Part shown: positions 52,301 through 64,000 of the stretch, one piece after another
How the letters are laid out: the number at the start of each line of letters is the position of its first letter
Position numbering within the stretch: the stretch's first letter is position 1
Assembly: GCF_964355755.1 (NCBI RefSeq)
Contig: NC_092676.1
Span: 1,803,788-1,867,787, forward strand
Origin: Antedon mediterranea
Lineage: Eukaryota > Animalia > Echinodermata
DNA: 64,000 nt
Direction of reading: 5' to 3'
The notes under the pieces: generated by a model
What the model was told of the DNA's origin: nothing
What the model saw: the letters and a program-made list of their open reading frames with translations, nothing else
Databases searched by the model: none
Translations under genes and position numbers: made by a program

Positions 52301-55300
52301 TTTTTTGTTTTTAATTTTTCAGATATCAGTAATTACATTCACAAGATATTTTTCTAATTTCAAATATTTACTAAATGAAGAAAACTGAAATGAGCAAAGC
52401 TTAATTTGTAGACAGGTCAACTTATACTGATTAGCTAATATATGCACTTCCTGCAGGAAGTAAACAGGCAAATGCCTTTACTAAAGAAATGTTTCAATTG
52501 CAGCAATTCATTCTCAACAACTGAGAAAATATAGTGTCAAGAATGCACATACAATGGAATGCCTTGTTACATTGACTTTATATATATATGTTTTTGTTTT
52601 TGTTCTATGAGCTCTTAGATTAAGATAATTGGTTTTCTCTCTTGCTATGGATATATTATGTCACCATGGTATTCCGAAATAAAAAGATGAAATGAAAAAT
52701 GAAATAGACTTACTCCTCTTTTTGTTTCTGTTATATAATGAATGCCATCCAGTGTTGACGTCTTAATGTACAACCCCTACAAAATAAACATTTTTATTTA
52801 ATATGAAAATTTGGTTTTTCTCATCCATTCCATCTCACCCATCCAAACTATGGTTTATTTTATAATTAGTATACATTTTATAAGCAACTGATTTGTAATT
52901 CTACTATTTTATAAATTAGTAAATTTGTCAGACCAAATTGGAATCTATTGATAAATATATGTAAATTGTAATTAAATGGAAAATGGACCTAAAGGGGTTT
53001 TAATGCCAAACAACCTTTTATACAAAGACCCTTAAATTATTATTAAATATATCTCGTTACCTAAATTTTAAATCGATCGAAGTTATGAAGTATATTATTA
53101 TATTATTATTATTATATATTTTGTTATATTTCTTTTATTCCTGTCCAGGCAGCACTTGCCAGCTCTTATACTATGACGTTATTCAAATTCCTTCACTTGC
53201 ACTGATGAAGGGCTAGTGTTGCCCGAAAGCTCTGCTAACTTTTTTGGCTGTTTTACTTTATTGTTTTGATTTAGCTTTTCGCATCAACTTTTTACTAACA
53301 TTTTGTTCAATTGCATTATCTTTTATTATTTATTATGTATTTTGTATTGAGGACAATGAACCCAAGCCAAGTTAAGTTTATCAAAATAATTGTTTCTATC
53401 ATCAGAATGCTTCACAGTGAGTGAGTGAGTGGCCGAGCGGTTAAGACAGTGGAACCGTAATCACGTAGCCATAACATCGGCAGGGGTTCGAGGCTCACTC
53501 ACTCCATGGTTCTGGTGGTAGAACGAGTCTTCTCGGATAAGGACTATAAACCGTAGGTCCAGTGTACACAACTTGCTCGTGTGCACTTTAAAGAACCTAG
53601 TACATCTTTCGAGACGAGTAGGGGGTTACCCCGGTGCATTAGTACATCACAGCCACTGATCACCAACTGGGCCCTCTGGGAGATCAGTCTTTGACTGAAG
53701 AGGTCACCCAGTATAAAGATAAAACAAACAAACAAACACATAAACCATCTGAGACGATGGGGCTGCAATCTCTTAAGTCAAGTCATTGCTAATAATAGTG
53801 TAGGCTTACCAGTTGGACATCACTGGTGGATTTCCTCAATGTTACTAACTCAATATATGCTGGTTGTATTACCAAAGGATCACATGCGTTTCGGATAAAC
53901 ACTTCGCTCAAACTTAACAGCTCTTTACTCTGGGGAAAAAAACAAATATTGAAAATCAATTGTTAATTCTTAATAAAAGTCATTGTAATAACTATCAGTA
54001 AAAGTAGCATTATGTTGTAATTAGCATTGGTTGTCTATAGCAATTTACCTACCTATGGCTTGGTAGAAGTCCATAGTCTAATTGGCACAAGTTTTTTAAA
54101 TGAAATTGACATTATTATTAATAAAATCAGTCATTACTTCACCATAAAGCTCTATCTACACTATCAAACTTTATGTGACAGAAAAATGTTAAGAGACCAT
54201 ATAATATATATATATTTACATATTATGTAAATGATGATGTCATATCACTACCTTATTTGGTCACATCACACTTTTTTTGTTTGATAGTAGACAAAGCTTT
54301 ACATTAACATTATTATATTATCACTAATGGTGAAGAGATATTATATTATACAGATATTGCCTGCTAAGATGTTAAATATTATACAGATATTGACTGCTTA
54401 GAGGGTAAATATAAGATTTGACATCCCAGAGGGAATAATATTATGTTCGAGGGAATATATAATTCCAGAGAACTTAATATCATTCCCGAAGGGATGTCAT
54501 ATCTTATATTTTACCGATATAAAAGGCGATATCTGTTATATTACAGTACATATAGCCAACAACAAGTAGGCCTAGAATATCTGCTGGGTTGGGTAGCTAG
54601 GCTAGGCCTCCTTTTTGTATTGTATGTAAACAAGCTGCCCAGACACCTTACAGTACCTTTCAAAGAAAAATATACAGCTAATTACTAATTAATAATTCCT
54701 TCGCAATAAAATATTCACTAGCCTAGGTCGTTTAAATAATAACAGAAGAATTTCCATCAATACGCCTACATTAATAATAATATTATTATCAGGTAGGCCG
54801 AATAAATAATAATTCATCTTCTTCGTCGATCGAGCCGAATCACCGGATGTTCAGTGCGTCGCGCGCGTATCGGTTACTACAGTGCGTATTAACCAATCAC
54901 AAACGGTCTTTCATCACATCTAGGGAGGACTAATAACAAATGAGGGCGCTATGTATTCATAGTTTAAATAGTTTAGTTGATTAATTTCTTCAAGCAAGTT
55001 CTGTGGCGCAGCGCATGAAGCGTTGTCTTGTGATAGAGTGACAATTTCATCGCGAGTTCAAGACCCAGTGATGACTTTTGTTTATTTATCGGCAAACGCG
55101 AGTGTTGCCACACGAAAATTACACAGTCAATATCATCGTACTCGAGAATTTGCTGGATTTTATATGTTTAATGACAGGGGACACGATAATTACGCAAAAA
55201 TTACTCAGTCAATATCATTGGACTCGAGGATATATACGATTTACGATCCTCGCAGCGGTAGTCATGTGATGCAGTTTCAACCAATCACGTTCACGTATTT

Positions 55301-58300
55301 ACATAGGCTATGTAATATAAGATGATATTTTGTTCGAGGAAATATATATTTCCAGCAGCGGTAGTCATGTGATGCAGTTTCAACCAATCACATTCACGTA
55401 TTTACATAGGCTATGTATTTACTGTTATAAGCTTATCTAGTTGATTGTGACTGGTATTATTAAATTGCAGAGTTAGACTGAAATATTACAGATATCTTTA
55501 TACATTTATGTACATTGCAAACTGCATGCAAATGGTTTATATAAAAATTAAAATCAGACTCATTTATATGTACAGAATACAAGAGCATGATAATGATATT
55601 CTAAAGTACAGAGATCAAAGGTCAATAACTGACAACAAACCTTGTGTACATTAATATTGAGAAATGTTATATATTAAAAACATCCTTTAAATTAAAAAAA
55701 ATGAAATGCCGGTGGTACGTTTGGATATGCTCAATAGAAAAGTGGACTGTCCCATTGTGTGGTAGGGGGTGTTCTTGATTTGGTCGCAACATACCGTGGT
55801 TAATATTGCACGTTCAACAATTGCTGCATCGCCAGTGAGTTGAGAAAAGGAATTTAGTTTCATCACATGTTCCAATACTTTATTTCGAACTGCGATGTAT
55901 TCAGGATTTCCGCAGAATGGAAGCCTGAAAATACAAATATTTTCTAAGATTATTCAATAAAGTTTAAAATAATATAATATCATATAGAAAAAAACCTAAC
56001 ATTTGTATGGATATATATAAGTGTTTAATATGTCACATACAAATATTGGGTATATGGGTATATTAATCTCCAAATCTGCCAACTTTTGCCACAAAAAAAT
56101 AATTTGATTTGACAAAACTTTGCCTGGGTGTGGGGTACAGTACAATACCATAGTAATGACATATTCATCATAAAAAACACATTTACATAAGATAAATATC
56201 AAACAGCCAGCATATGAATATTTCATTATAGCCCTACTAATACTAAGTGAGAGAGAGCAGGCCTACTTTATATAGTAAGTTAGTAGTTACAGGTATATAT
56301 TATCCTTTTAAAGAGTCAGTAGTGATAACACAAATTCTATTATGCTATATTTCATTGTATAAACGAAGGTTTCATTATATATTTATACACGCCAATAACC
56401 ATGGTATTTCAAATATTGGCAAAATATACAGAATAGCTCGGATTAACAACACACAGATACACCTTTTGTCGGTAAACAATAATTTGACGTTTACAAGAAT
56501 CAAACTGATACAGAATAAAAAGCTGTTTGAGTTTTGTTATTAGTGATTTACTATATGGTGTCTATTTTGGATAATTTATTAGAACACTAAAGGAAAATCC
56601 CAAGAGAAATAAGTACTTTTCATTTCAACTGCTAAATGGTATTACTGTTTTATAAGTACTTCGAAGGTTAATGCATTCAACATATTACCTTTACATTACA
56701 TCATAACCACAACAACTATCATTTCTTTCTCATAATAATCCCATATTTTATCTTTTTTCCTGTTGAATTTTTCATATTTTTTTATATAAGGAGCTATATA
56801 AGTACTACACTGATAATAATTAATGTTAAAATTGTGACATTCGTCATAAGGAAATTGTTAAATAATAAAAGTCACTATCTCATATTAAATAAACAAATGT
56901 GTCAACAATAAAATGCTCAGTTGATTAATGTGTTACTTATTATAAAATGTGTAGCCACAAGTGTAAAGTACATTCAATGATTACATTGTTATATAAATAA
57001 TATTTGATTTTATATATTTAATTTTTTGAATCTGTTAATCTTTAATGTGTATAAATTTCAATTTCTTGTAGATGTTTTAATATTATTTTTATTTGTGTGT
57101 TTTAGGTTTGTTTTTAATTGTTTTTCTGCACAAAAAAATTCTCAGAGAGCATAACTAAGAACAAAACATAAACACTACACTGCCTACATTTACAAACTTT
57201 ATGTGTCCATATGTAAATGTTTAATGTTCAATATTAAAATGTTGTTTAATGTTCCTACCGATCTAGCCATGAAATAAGCAGTTTTGCTGATGTTATCACA
57301 TGAGTGACAAATGTTAATACGTCCGATGTTAACCCATCTGTTCTAAAAAACTGTTCGTCGACTCTGGAGCCTTCCCGTTCCTGTTGTCGTTTGGAGACCA
57401 CGCTGTGTAAGTGTTTGGCGTTGCAACTCAAGGAGAGTGTCACAGACTGCAGTGTGTCAGTGGGCAAGTTGTAATTCTGTGTGATAGGAAAAATAAAGTG
57501 ACAATTTAATCAGGTGTATTACATAAACTTTCGTTGTTTTTGGTTTTTCTATTTTCAGTTAGTATATTTACTTTATTATTGTTTTATTCAATGCACAGCC
57601 AACACAGGGGCAGATGGGGAAGATCCCGGGAGATGGGTTTTGCAAATTGTAATGCAAAAGATAGGAGACCCTCATTTCACAATTTTTAGACCCTGGGGCC
57701 CTCCTACTTCAATTTCCCGGATCCGCCATTGCTAACAAAACAACTTCCAATAACAGGCTAAGAGACGCCCCCCTTGAAAAACCCCTGTTCAGGAGACACC
57801 AGGACATTTATTTTTGATAAATTTGGTAACAAAAACATTGACTGTGTTGGTCTATCTTCCAATTTTCTCACCGTACTAAGACCTAGCCTACAGTATGGCT
57901 TGTATGGGAAGAAACCTACTAAATCATGCAGAAGACAAATGGCTTCCAGTAGAAGTTCTTGATGGCCTATTTTCTGAATGTTAAGATCTTCTAAGTCTTC
58001 AGCAGACGTAGATAACAATCTTGTTCCATTGACTTGGTTGTCTTCAAACGTGCCACGATAACACTGTAAGTCATCGTCCAATCCTGTCAGCAGAATTATA
58101 AGTAATTGATTATTATTTTTCATTTATTAGTTTCAATAATGGCAAAACATAATACAATTAATACCTTATTGAGGACCCAGTAAAAAAAGAAAACAAGTTT
58201 CTGGTCAAATGAAGGATCCCAAAAAAAAAGATAACAAGATAACTAAAGCCATTCATTACTTTTTTAAACATTGTACACTCAAAAAACAAACAAACTTTTC

Positions 58301-60314
58301 ACAATATTTGTAAATTTAGTGTTTACAAGATTCTTTTATCTAGTATACTAGTGTACCACTACTAGTGCCATTGTCACATACAGACACATAACTCATAATG
58401 AAGGCCCCTTGATTGTAAGAATACCCTGTTTAAGGGTCACCCTCTATAAATAAGGTTAAATAAATTCCATGTCAAAAGTTTGTCATGCAATTACTGTAGG
58501 TCAGCAGTTTGAATCAGTGTTAAAAGTACAGATTGAGAATATAGGCAAACTCCTGGCACCTTATGGTGTACAGTCAACTCCCCAAATATTTATTCTTTAA
58601 AAAACATTTTTTTGAAAACCAAACACTGTGTTAAACCAAACAATTTGAGAAAAATCCCAACTTTGTAGAAAATCCCACCAGAGTGTCCGGAGTAAAGGAG
58701 TTGATTGTATATTGATTGCATTGTTTGAAACAAATTTACTTCATACTATTAGAGAGCAAAACAATCATGCTTAGTTTTAACAAAATAAATGTTTTTTTAT
58801 AACTCTGATACCATAAACAATAAATTATTTGTGTTGCAGATCAGAAGGGACAAAGATGAAAAGCATTAAAACAACAGTATTTAGATTCCATTGTATTCAA
58901 TAGATTCTAAGATAAACAAATCAATTCTGAAACTTTTGTCTGATTTTATTGACTAATATAGATCCCAATTACTACTGTATGTGGACAGTAAGCCCATTCT
59001 GGTAGAGTGATTCAGTTTTAAACTGTGGGCAACCAAACCAGAAAAGACAAGGCCCATTCTGGTAGAGTGATTCAGTTTTAAACTGTGGGCAACCAAACCA
59101 GAAAAGACAAGGCCCATTCTGGTAGAGTGATTCAGTTTTAAACTGTGGGCAACCAAACCAGAAAAGACAAGGCCCATTCTGGTAGAGTGATTCAGTTTTA
59201 AACTGTGGGCAACCAAACCAGAAAAGACAAGGCCCATTCTGGTAGAGTGATTCAGACAATTTTTATGAATCACTCACTCAATCAATTCAATGAAATTAAA
59301 CAAATATCACAGAACCGACGAAAACAATCGCGTTTGCATCGATGCGTGAAAGCAAAACTGTCAAGGCTAAGAAACTTTAAGCCAACAAAAGATAGTTTAT
59401 GTACTGTATATACATTTTTTTAAATAGGCTCAATCACCAAATATTTACAGTAATATTATTTAAAAAAACATAAAAATAGTACAGTAAAAACAGAAGATTC
59501 TAATCTCTTTGGAATTTTTAGTTGAGAAGGTGGGCGGGTTACAAAGTATACAGTACCAAGGATTACATTTTTTTTTTTTTGGGAAGTTGTTGACCAGATC
59601 TACATACACAGTAAATTTATGGTTTAAATGTACTGTATGTATAGTAGATCCATCCAACCCCACCCTTTATCAAAAACATATCTAAATAAATATTTTTAAT
59701 TATCATCAGTAATAATGGTACTATATAAGTATATTGACATCCATCTGGTTCAATCATTTCATACCATATTGTTTTTAAATAAATAAATATTTAATCACTA
59801 TCAGATTATTCGGCAGCAATCTGTGAAATTTTAATTGTATTTGTAAATGTCTTGTTTATGACTGTCATAAATAATACATTTCTTATATAAACTTATATAA
59901 ATTATAAGTTTTGTTCAATAAATGTTTGGTTTGTTTGTAACACAAAACCACCTGTTAATTAGCATAAACTTGCTTATTGTAATATTGAATAAAAAAATAT
60001 TAGACTCTAAAAGTTGTTAAAAATTTCTAAACTAAGCTCTCATACAATAACTTCCGGGTTGTTTTTGATGAGTATTGTTGACTCTTCCAGGCCAGGGTCG
60101 TGTCTCTAGAGGTGATAAATCAGTCAAGTTTGTAGGTACCTCAGGCAGCCTCTTACGGCTGCTCATTCGTATATCCAGAACACAAACTTTTGGCTTGAGG
60201 AAACACCCCACAAACACCATACCAACAAATAAAGAAAGCGTTATTACCTTTCATCCATTCTTGAACATCTTGGACCGTCCAATTAGGTATGTTCACAATT
60301 TGAATCCATGCCAT
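28364..60314 (-). CDS. CNKSR: Connector enhancer of KSR (SAM-CRIC-PDZ-PH scaffold); exons 60314-60248, 58083-57920, 57476-57259, 55924-55795, 53929-53810, 52776-52714, 52177-52109, 51129-50867, 36262-36060, 35430-35049, 34213-34123, 33728-33543, 33409-33327, 32424-32258, 31815-31303, 29423-29236, 29104-28364; about 1215 aa
   Basis: SAM (WTVQDVQEWMKGLDD...KIGHQELLLEAI), CRIC (AKLLISWLDRLPF), PDZ (LGLYIKT...IHPGDEVLQINKQTVVGW...LTLKKRP), PH (RHVSCIDLGPGQYEGWLEKK...FWCVLKD...WVEKLHLAS), YHSES motif, and C-terminal ETHL like CNK2 ETHV. All 17 exons are in phase. Additional cassette exons are possible. Confidence 0.88.
30564..30688. mobile_element. MITE family A copy
   Basis: Both TIRs present. 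Confidence 0.8.
32600..32778. mobile_element. MITE family B, full-length copy (PIF/Harbinger-like)
   Basis: TIRs AGCGTGGTTCCCACT / AGTGGGAACCAAGCT, TAA/TAA target duplication, long internal palindrome. Confidence 0.9.
34268..34426. mobile_element. MITE family A copy
   Basis: Both TIRs present. Confidence 0.8.
37969..38045 (-). CDS. Candidate alternative first coding exon of CNK (MNCFRGVVSSVTGRKGIYRVSVYHS-R), phase 2
   Basis: 77-nt GC-enriched open frame, CG|GTAAGA donor, phase 2. Promoter-like motifs lie at about 38660-38720. Confidence 0.55.
39256..39569. mobile_element. MITE family C copy
   Basis: CGATCCAGTTTTTGGTCAAAGTGAATAACTA internal match and GGGGACAATATATT-TTAA end. Confidence 0.7.
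40056..40210. mobile_element. MITE family A copy
   Basis: Both TIRs present. Confidence 0.85.
40341..40484. mobile_element. MITE family A copy
   Basis: Left TIR intact, right TIR degenerate. Confidence 0.75.
41300..41432. repeat. 18-bp C-rich minisatellite (CTTCCCCTCCACYDCCYC)
   Basis: Directly visible. Confidence 0.85.
42582..42661 (-). CDS. Candidate alternative first coding exon of CNK (MLIHKEVIPLWIKEGLRAVVTIEVNF-S), phase 2
   Basis: aagATG preceded by an ETS-like ACCGGAAG, 80-nt open frame, GTAAGT donor, phase 2. Confidence 0.55.
43575..43756. mobile_element. MITE family A, full-length copy (PIF/Harbinger-like, inferred)
   Basis: Perfect TIRs AGCTCTGTCTACACTATCAAACT / AGTTTGATAGTGTAGACAGAGCT, TAA/TTA flanks and three internal 21-bp units. 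Confidence 0.9.
44679..44820. mobile_element. MITE family A, full-length copy
   Basis: Both TIRs present with a TAA/TAA target duplication. Confidence 0.9.
45928..46002 (+). pseudogene. Degenerate tRNA-like sequence (tRNA pseudogene or SINE head)
   Basis: A-box TGGTCTAATGG and B-box-like GGTTCATGTC at tRNA spacing, but poor stems. Confidence 0.4.
46258..46295 (-). CDS. Candidate alternative first coding exon of CNK (MGQLLQRFFKSK-S), phase 2
   Basis: accATGG Kozak context, 38 nt, AG|GTAAGA donor, in phase with the acceptor at 36262. Confidence 0.6.
47113..47295. mobile_element. MITE family A copy with four internal units
   Basis: TIRs plus (ATCACTACCATATTTRGGCAT)x4. Confidence 0.8.
47810..48142. 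repeat. Degenerate 14-bp minisatellite (CTCACAACCAAATA)
   Basis: Directly visible. Confidence 0.9.
48707..48895. mobile_element. Tc1/mariner-type MITE remnant
   Basis: TCTTCCAATACTGGAC ... GTCCAGCATTGGAAGAGTTGACTG-TA inverted ends. A related element lies at about 58568-58710 (TACAGTCAACTCC...GGAGTTGATTGTA). Confidence 0.55.
49568..49594 (-). CDS. Candidate 27-nt symmetric microexon of CNK (LFQNQLLR)
   Basis: T-rich tract plus TAG acceptor, AG|GTAAAG donor, phase 2-2, no stop. Confidence 0.4.
53197..53238 (+). ncRNA. Minimal type I hammerhead ribozyme motif (Penelope-like retroelement remnant)
   Basis: gca-CTGATGA-a-GGGC tagtgtt GCCC-GAAA-gc-TC-tgc: core boxes, 4-bp stem II, palindromic AGCT stem III and gca/tgc stem I, followed by a T-rich tail. 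Confidence 0.75.
53418..53738 (+). mobile_element. tRNA-derived SINE with Deu/Nin-type central domain
   Basis: A box TGGCCGAGCGG (53430), B box GGTTCGAGGCT (53485), central TCGGATAAGGACTATAAACCGTAGGTCC...TAAAGAACC...GAGTAGGGGG..CCCCGGTG resembling the Deu-domain consensus (from memory), and an (AAAC)n tail. Confidence 0.8.
54148..54298. mobile_element. MITE family A, degenerate copy
   Basis: Both TIRs recognisable. Confidence 0.7.
54400..55420. mobile_element. Composite repeat-derived segment (putative non-autonomous DNA element with tRNA-like fragment)
   Basis: CpG-rich island inside an AT-rich intron, with inverted TATCTGTTATATTAC...TAGCC / GGCTATGTAATATAAGATGATA, a duplicated 62-bp block (55254 and 55356), and A/B-box-like motifs at 55002-55068. 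Confidence 0.45.
58992..59255. repeat. Perfect 60-bp tandem repeat, 4.4 copies
   Basis: Unit GCCCATTCTGGTAGAGTGATTCAGTTTTAAACTGTGGGCAACCAAACCAGAAAAGACAAG. Confidence 0.97.
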
Positions 60315-60343
60315 CGCATACAACAATCATACCGAAAATGTTG

Positions 60344-60730
60344 TCTATAAATTATTTAATTCACTTTCACAAAACTCACACTCTGCTGGTTCCAACGATT
60401 TGTGAACTTGGGACGAGCCATCATTTCCTTTTGTCATGGGAGAGTCCATTTAGTAAAAAAAGGGGTAACTGCTTTATATTTTTATGATTACAATGCTAAG
60501 ATAAATAAATTTGCATATTAGGATATTTTCTATAATAACTATAGAATTTATTAAATATATTGATCATTAATGTATTATTCATACCATTTTATAAGTATTG
60601 TTTGAATATACTTACGCCATCACTACCCTTCCCAACAATGGTTGATCGTATGTTTTTTTTGTCGTGTTTTTAGTCTGTGAAATGAAAAGTTGAGTATCAA
60701 GGCTTAGCCTAGCCTCAAACAGATATAAAC
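60344..60730. promoter_or_regulatory. Putative bidirectional promoter CNK / TRAPPC3
   Basis: Divergent ATGs 417 bp apart. A CNK 5'UTR intron is implied by a GTAAGT donor at 60615 and a TAG acceptor before 60344 on the minus strand. Confidence 0.65.
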
Positions 60731-62719
<1,989 letters not shown>

Positions 62720-62879
62720 GGTGAATGAAGTGTTACCTCTCAACAACTCAACTATATTATCATTATTTGTACTATGATTATTGCACTTTACCTAATATGT
62801 GCATTACTATAGTATATAATACCCCAATTATTAAAACCAGTTGTGCACCTAAGATTTGTAAAATGGGTGTGTACTGATG

Positions 62880-63241
62880 ATGAAACCACACCCAAAATGC
62901 AGCACTAGTGATGATTTGAGACCACACCCAAAATGGTTTAAACAGCACTATTGATGATTGAGACCACACCCAAAATGGTTGAAACAGCACTAGTGATGAT
63001 TTGAGACCACACCCAAAATGGTTTAAACTGCACTAGTGATGATTGAGACCACACCCAATCTCATCTAATATGGTTGGAACCACACCTAAAATGGTTGAGA
63101 CCACATCCAAAATGGTTGAGACCACATCCAAAATGGTTTAGACCACATCCAAAATGCATTAAACTGCACTACTGATGATTGAGACCTCACCTAAAATGGT
63201 TGCGACCACACCTAAAATGGTTAAGACCACACCCAAAATGG
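62880..63241. repeat. GAGACCACACCCAAAATGGTT minisatellite in the TRAPPC3 3' region
   Basis: 21-bp core units, some with a GCACTAGTGATGATT insert. Confidence 0.9.
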
Positions 63242-64000
63242 CTGGGATTAAGATGTATATTTATTTATGTGGTTTGAAATTTCCCAAATGCTCAAAAATT
63301 TCAGGATTCTTCCACAACAAATTGAGGATGTCATTTTATTTAAAATAAGTAAGAAAATAAAGAAAACTAGAAGATCATATTTATCATTAATAGTAAAGTT
63401 AAATCTCTTTCTGTTTTTAAAACAAAAATCAATAATATGATTATTCCTCCCTCATTCTGTTTTATTTAAGATGTCACCATTTTAATAAATATGTAAATGC
63501 AAAAAAAAAACATATAAAATATTATAATTATGTAAAATATTGTTTTTCCGATTGTATTTGGAGAAAAGTAAAAATAAAAGATAAATGGTCAAGTCTACAT
63601 TATAGTTATATTGTTATAAGCCTAGTAGTAGGTTTAGAATTGTCTAAGCTTACTTCTAAATTTAAAGAGCAGCGCTTGCACATATACACATATATTTAAT
63701 ATTCGAATTTATATAAAAAAACACTAAATATACGGTTTATAATAGAATAATCATTTTAATGATATTACTATTAAATTAGACTTGCCCCAAGTCTGTATTT
63801 ATTGTCTTTTTTTATATTTATTTGTTTTTATTTCGACCGCGATTTTCTCTGAGTATCCAAACTCAAGTAATACACGTATGAAACGCCATATGTGCAAAAA
63901 TATTTATATTTTTACTAATATTAAGACAAAACTCCGTCTGGAGCCCAGACTACTATTAAATGTACAAATATTTTAAGTTTCCCCAGTTGATGATTTTTTA

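Noticed and set aside
53655-53713. HDV-like ribozyme in the SINE tail
   Set aside because: The pairing order loosely resembles P1/P2/P3/P4, but L3 is too short and the P1.1 GG and catalytic J4/2 C are missing. A simple LINE-tail hairpin explains it.
55002-55068. Functional tRNA gene
   Set aside because: A- and B-box-like motifs are present but there is no convincing cloverleaf, and it is embedded in a repeat.
58953-59273. CRISPR-like array or repeat-protein ORFs
   Set aside because: The units are identical and contiguous with no unique spacers, there are no cas genes, and the context is a eukaryotic intron.

Overview
AT-rich eukaryotic (metazoan) genomic DNA with GT-AG introns. An invertebrate deuterostome such as an echinoderm is my inference, not shown directly. 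Seven intron-containing genes were reconstructed with consistent splice phases: the 3' end of a group I metabotropic glutamate receptor (+), Nup43 (+), a Vestigial-like TEAD cofactor (-), HTATSF1/Tat-SF1 (-), RWDD1 (-), a 32-kb CNK/CNKSR scaffold gene (-), and TRAPPC3/Bet3 (+) head-to-head with CNK. Introns are full of non-autonomous DNA transposons (about 20 copies of one MITE family plus others), and there is a tRNA-derived Deu/Nin-type SINE, a CR1/L2 3' fragment, a Penelope-type minimal hammerhead ribozyme and many minisatellites. The main observations are: (1) the 14.6-kb CNK intron between the SAM-CRIC-PDZ half and the PH half holds several ATG-initiated phase-2 alternative first exons, one with a myristoylation-like N-terminus, which would give IPCEF1-like PH-only isoforms; (2) the gene set matches human 6q22-25 and the HTATSF1-VGLL1 pair on Xq26; (3) an identical 19-mer lies in the Nup43 and HTATSF1 promoters, and TAGGCCTA/CTAG clusters mark the housekeeping-gene 5' ends. 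There is no prokaryotic or CRISPR system. All calls come from manual reading without database searches.
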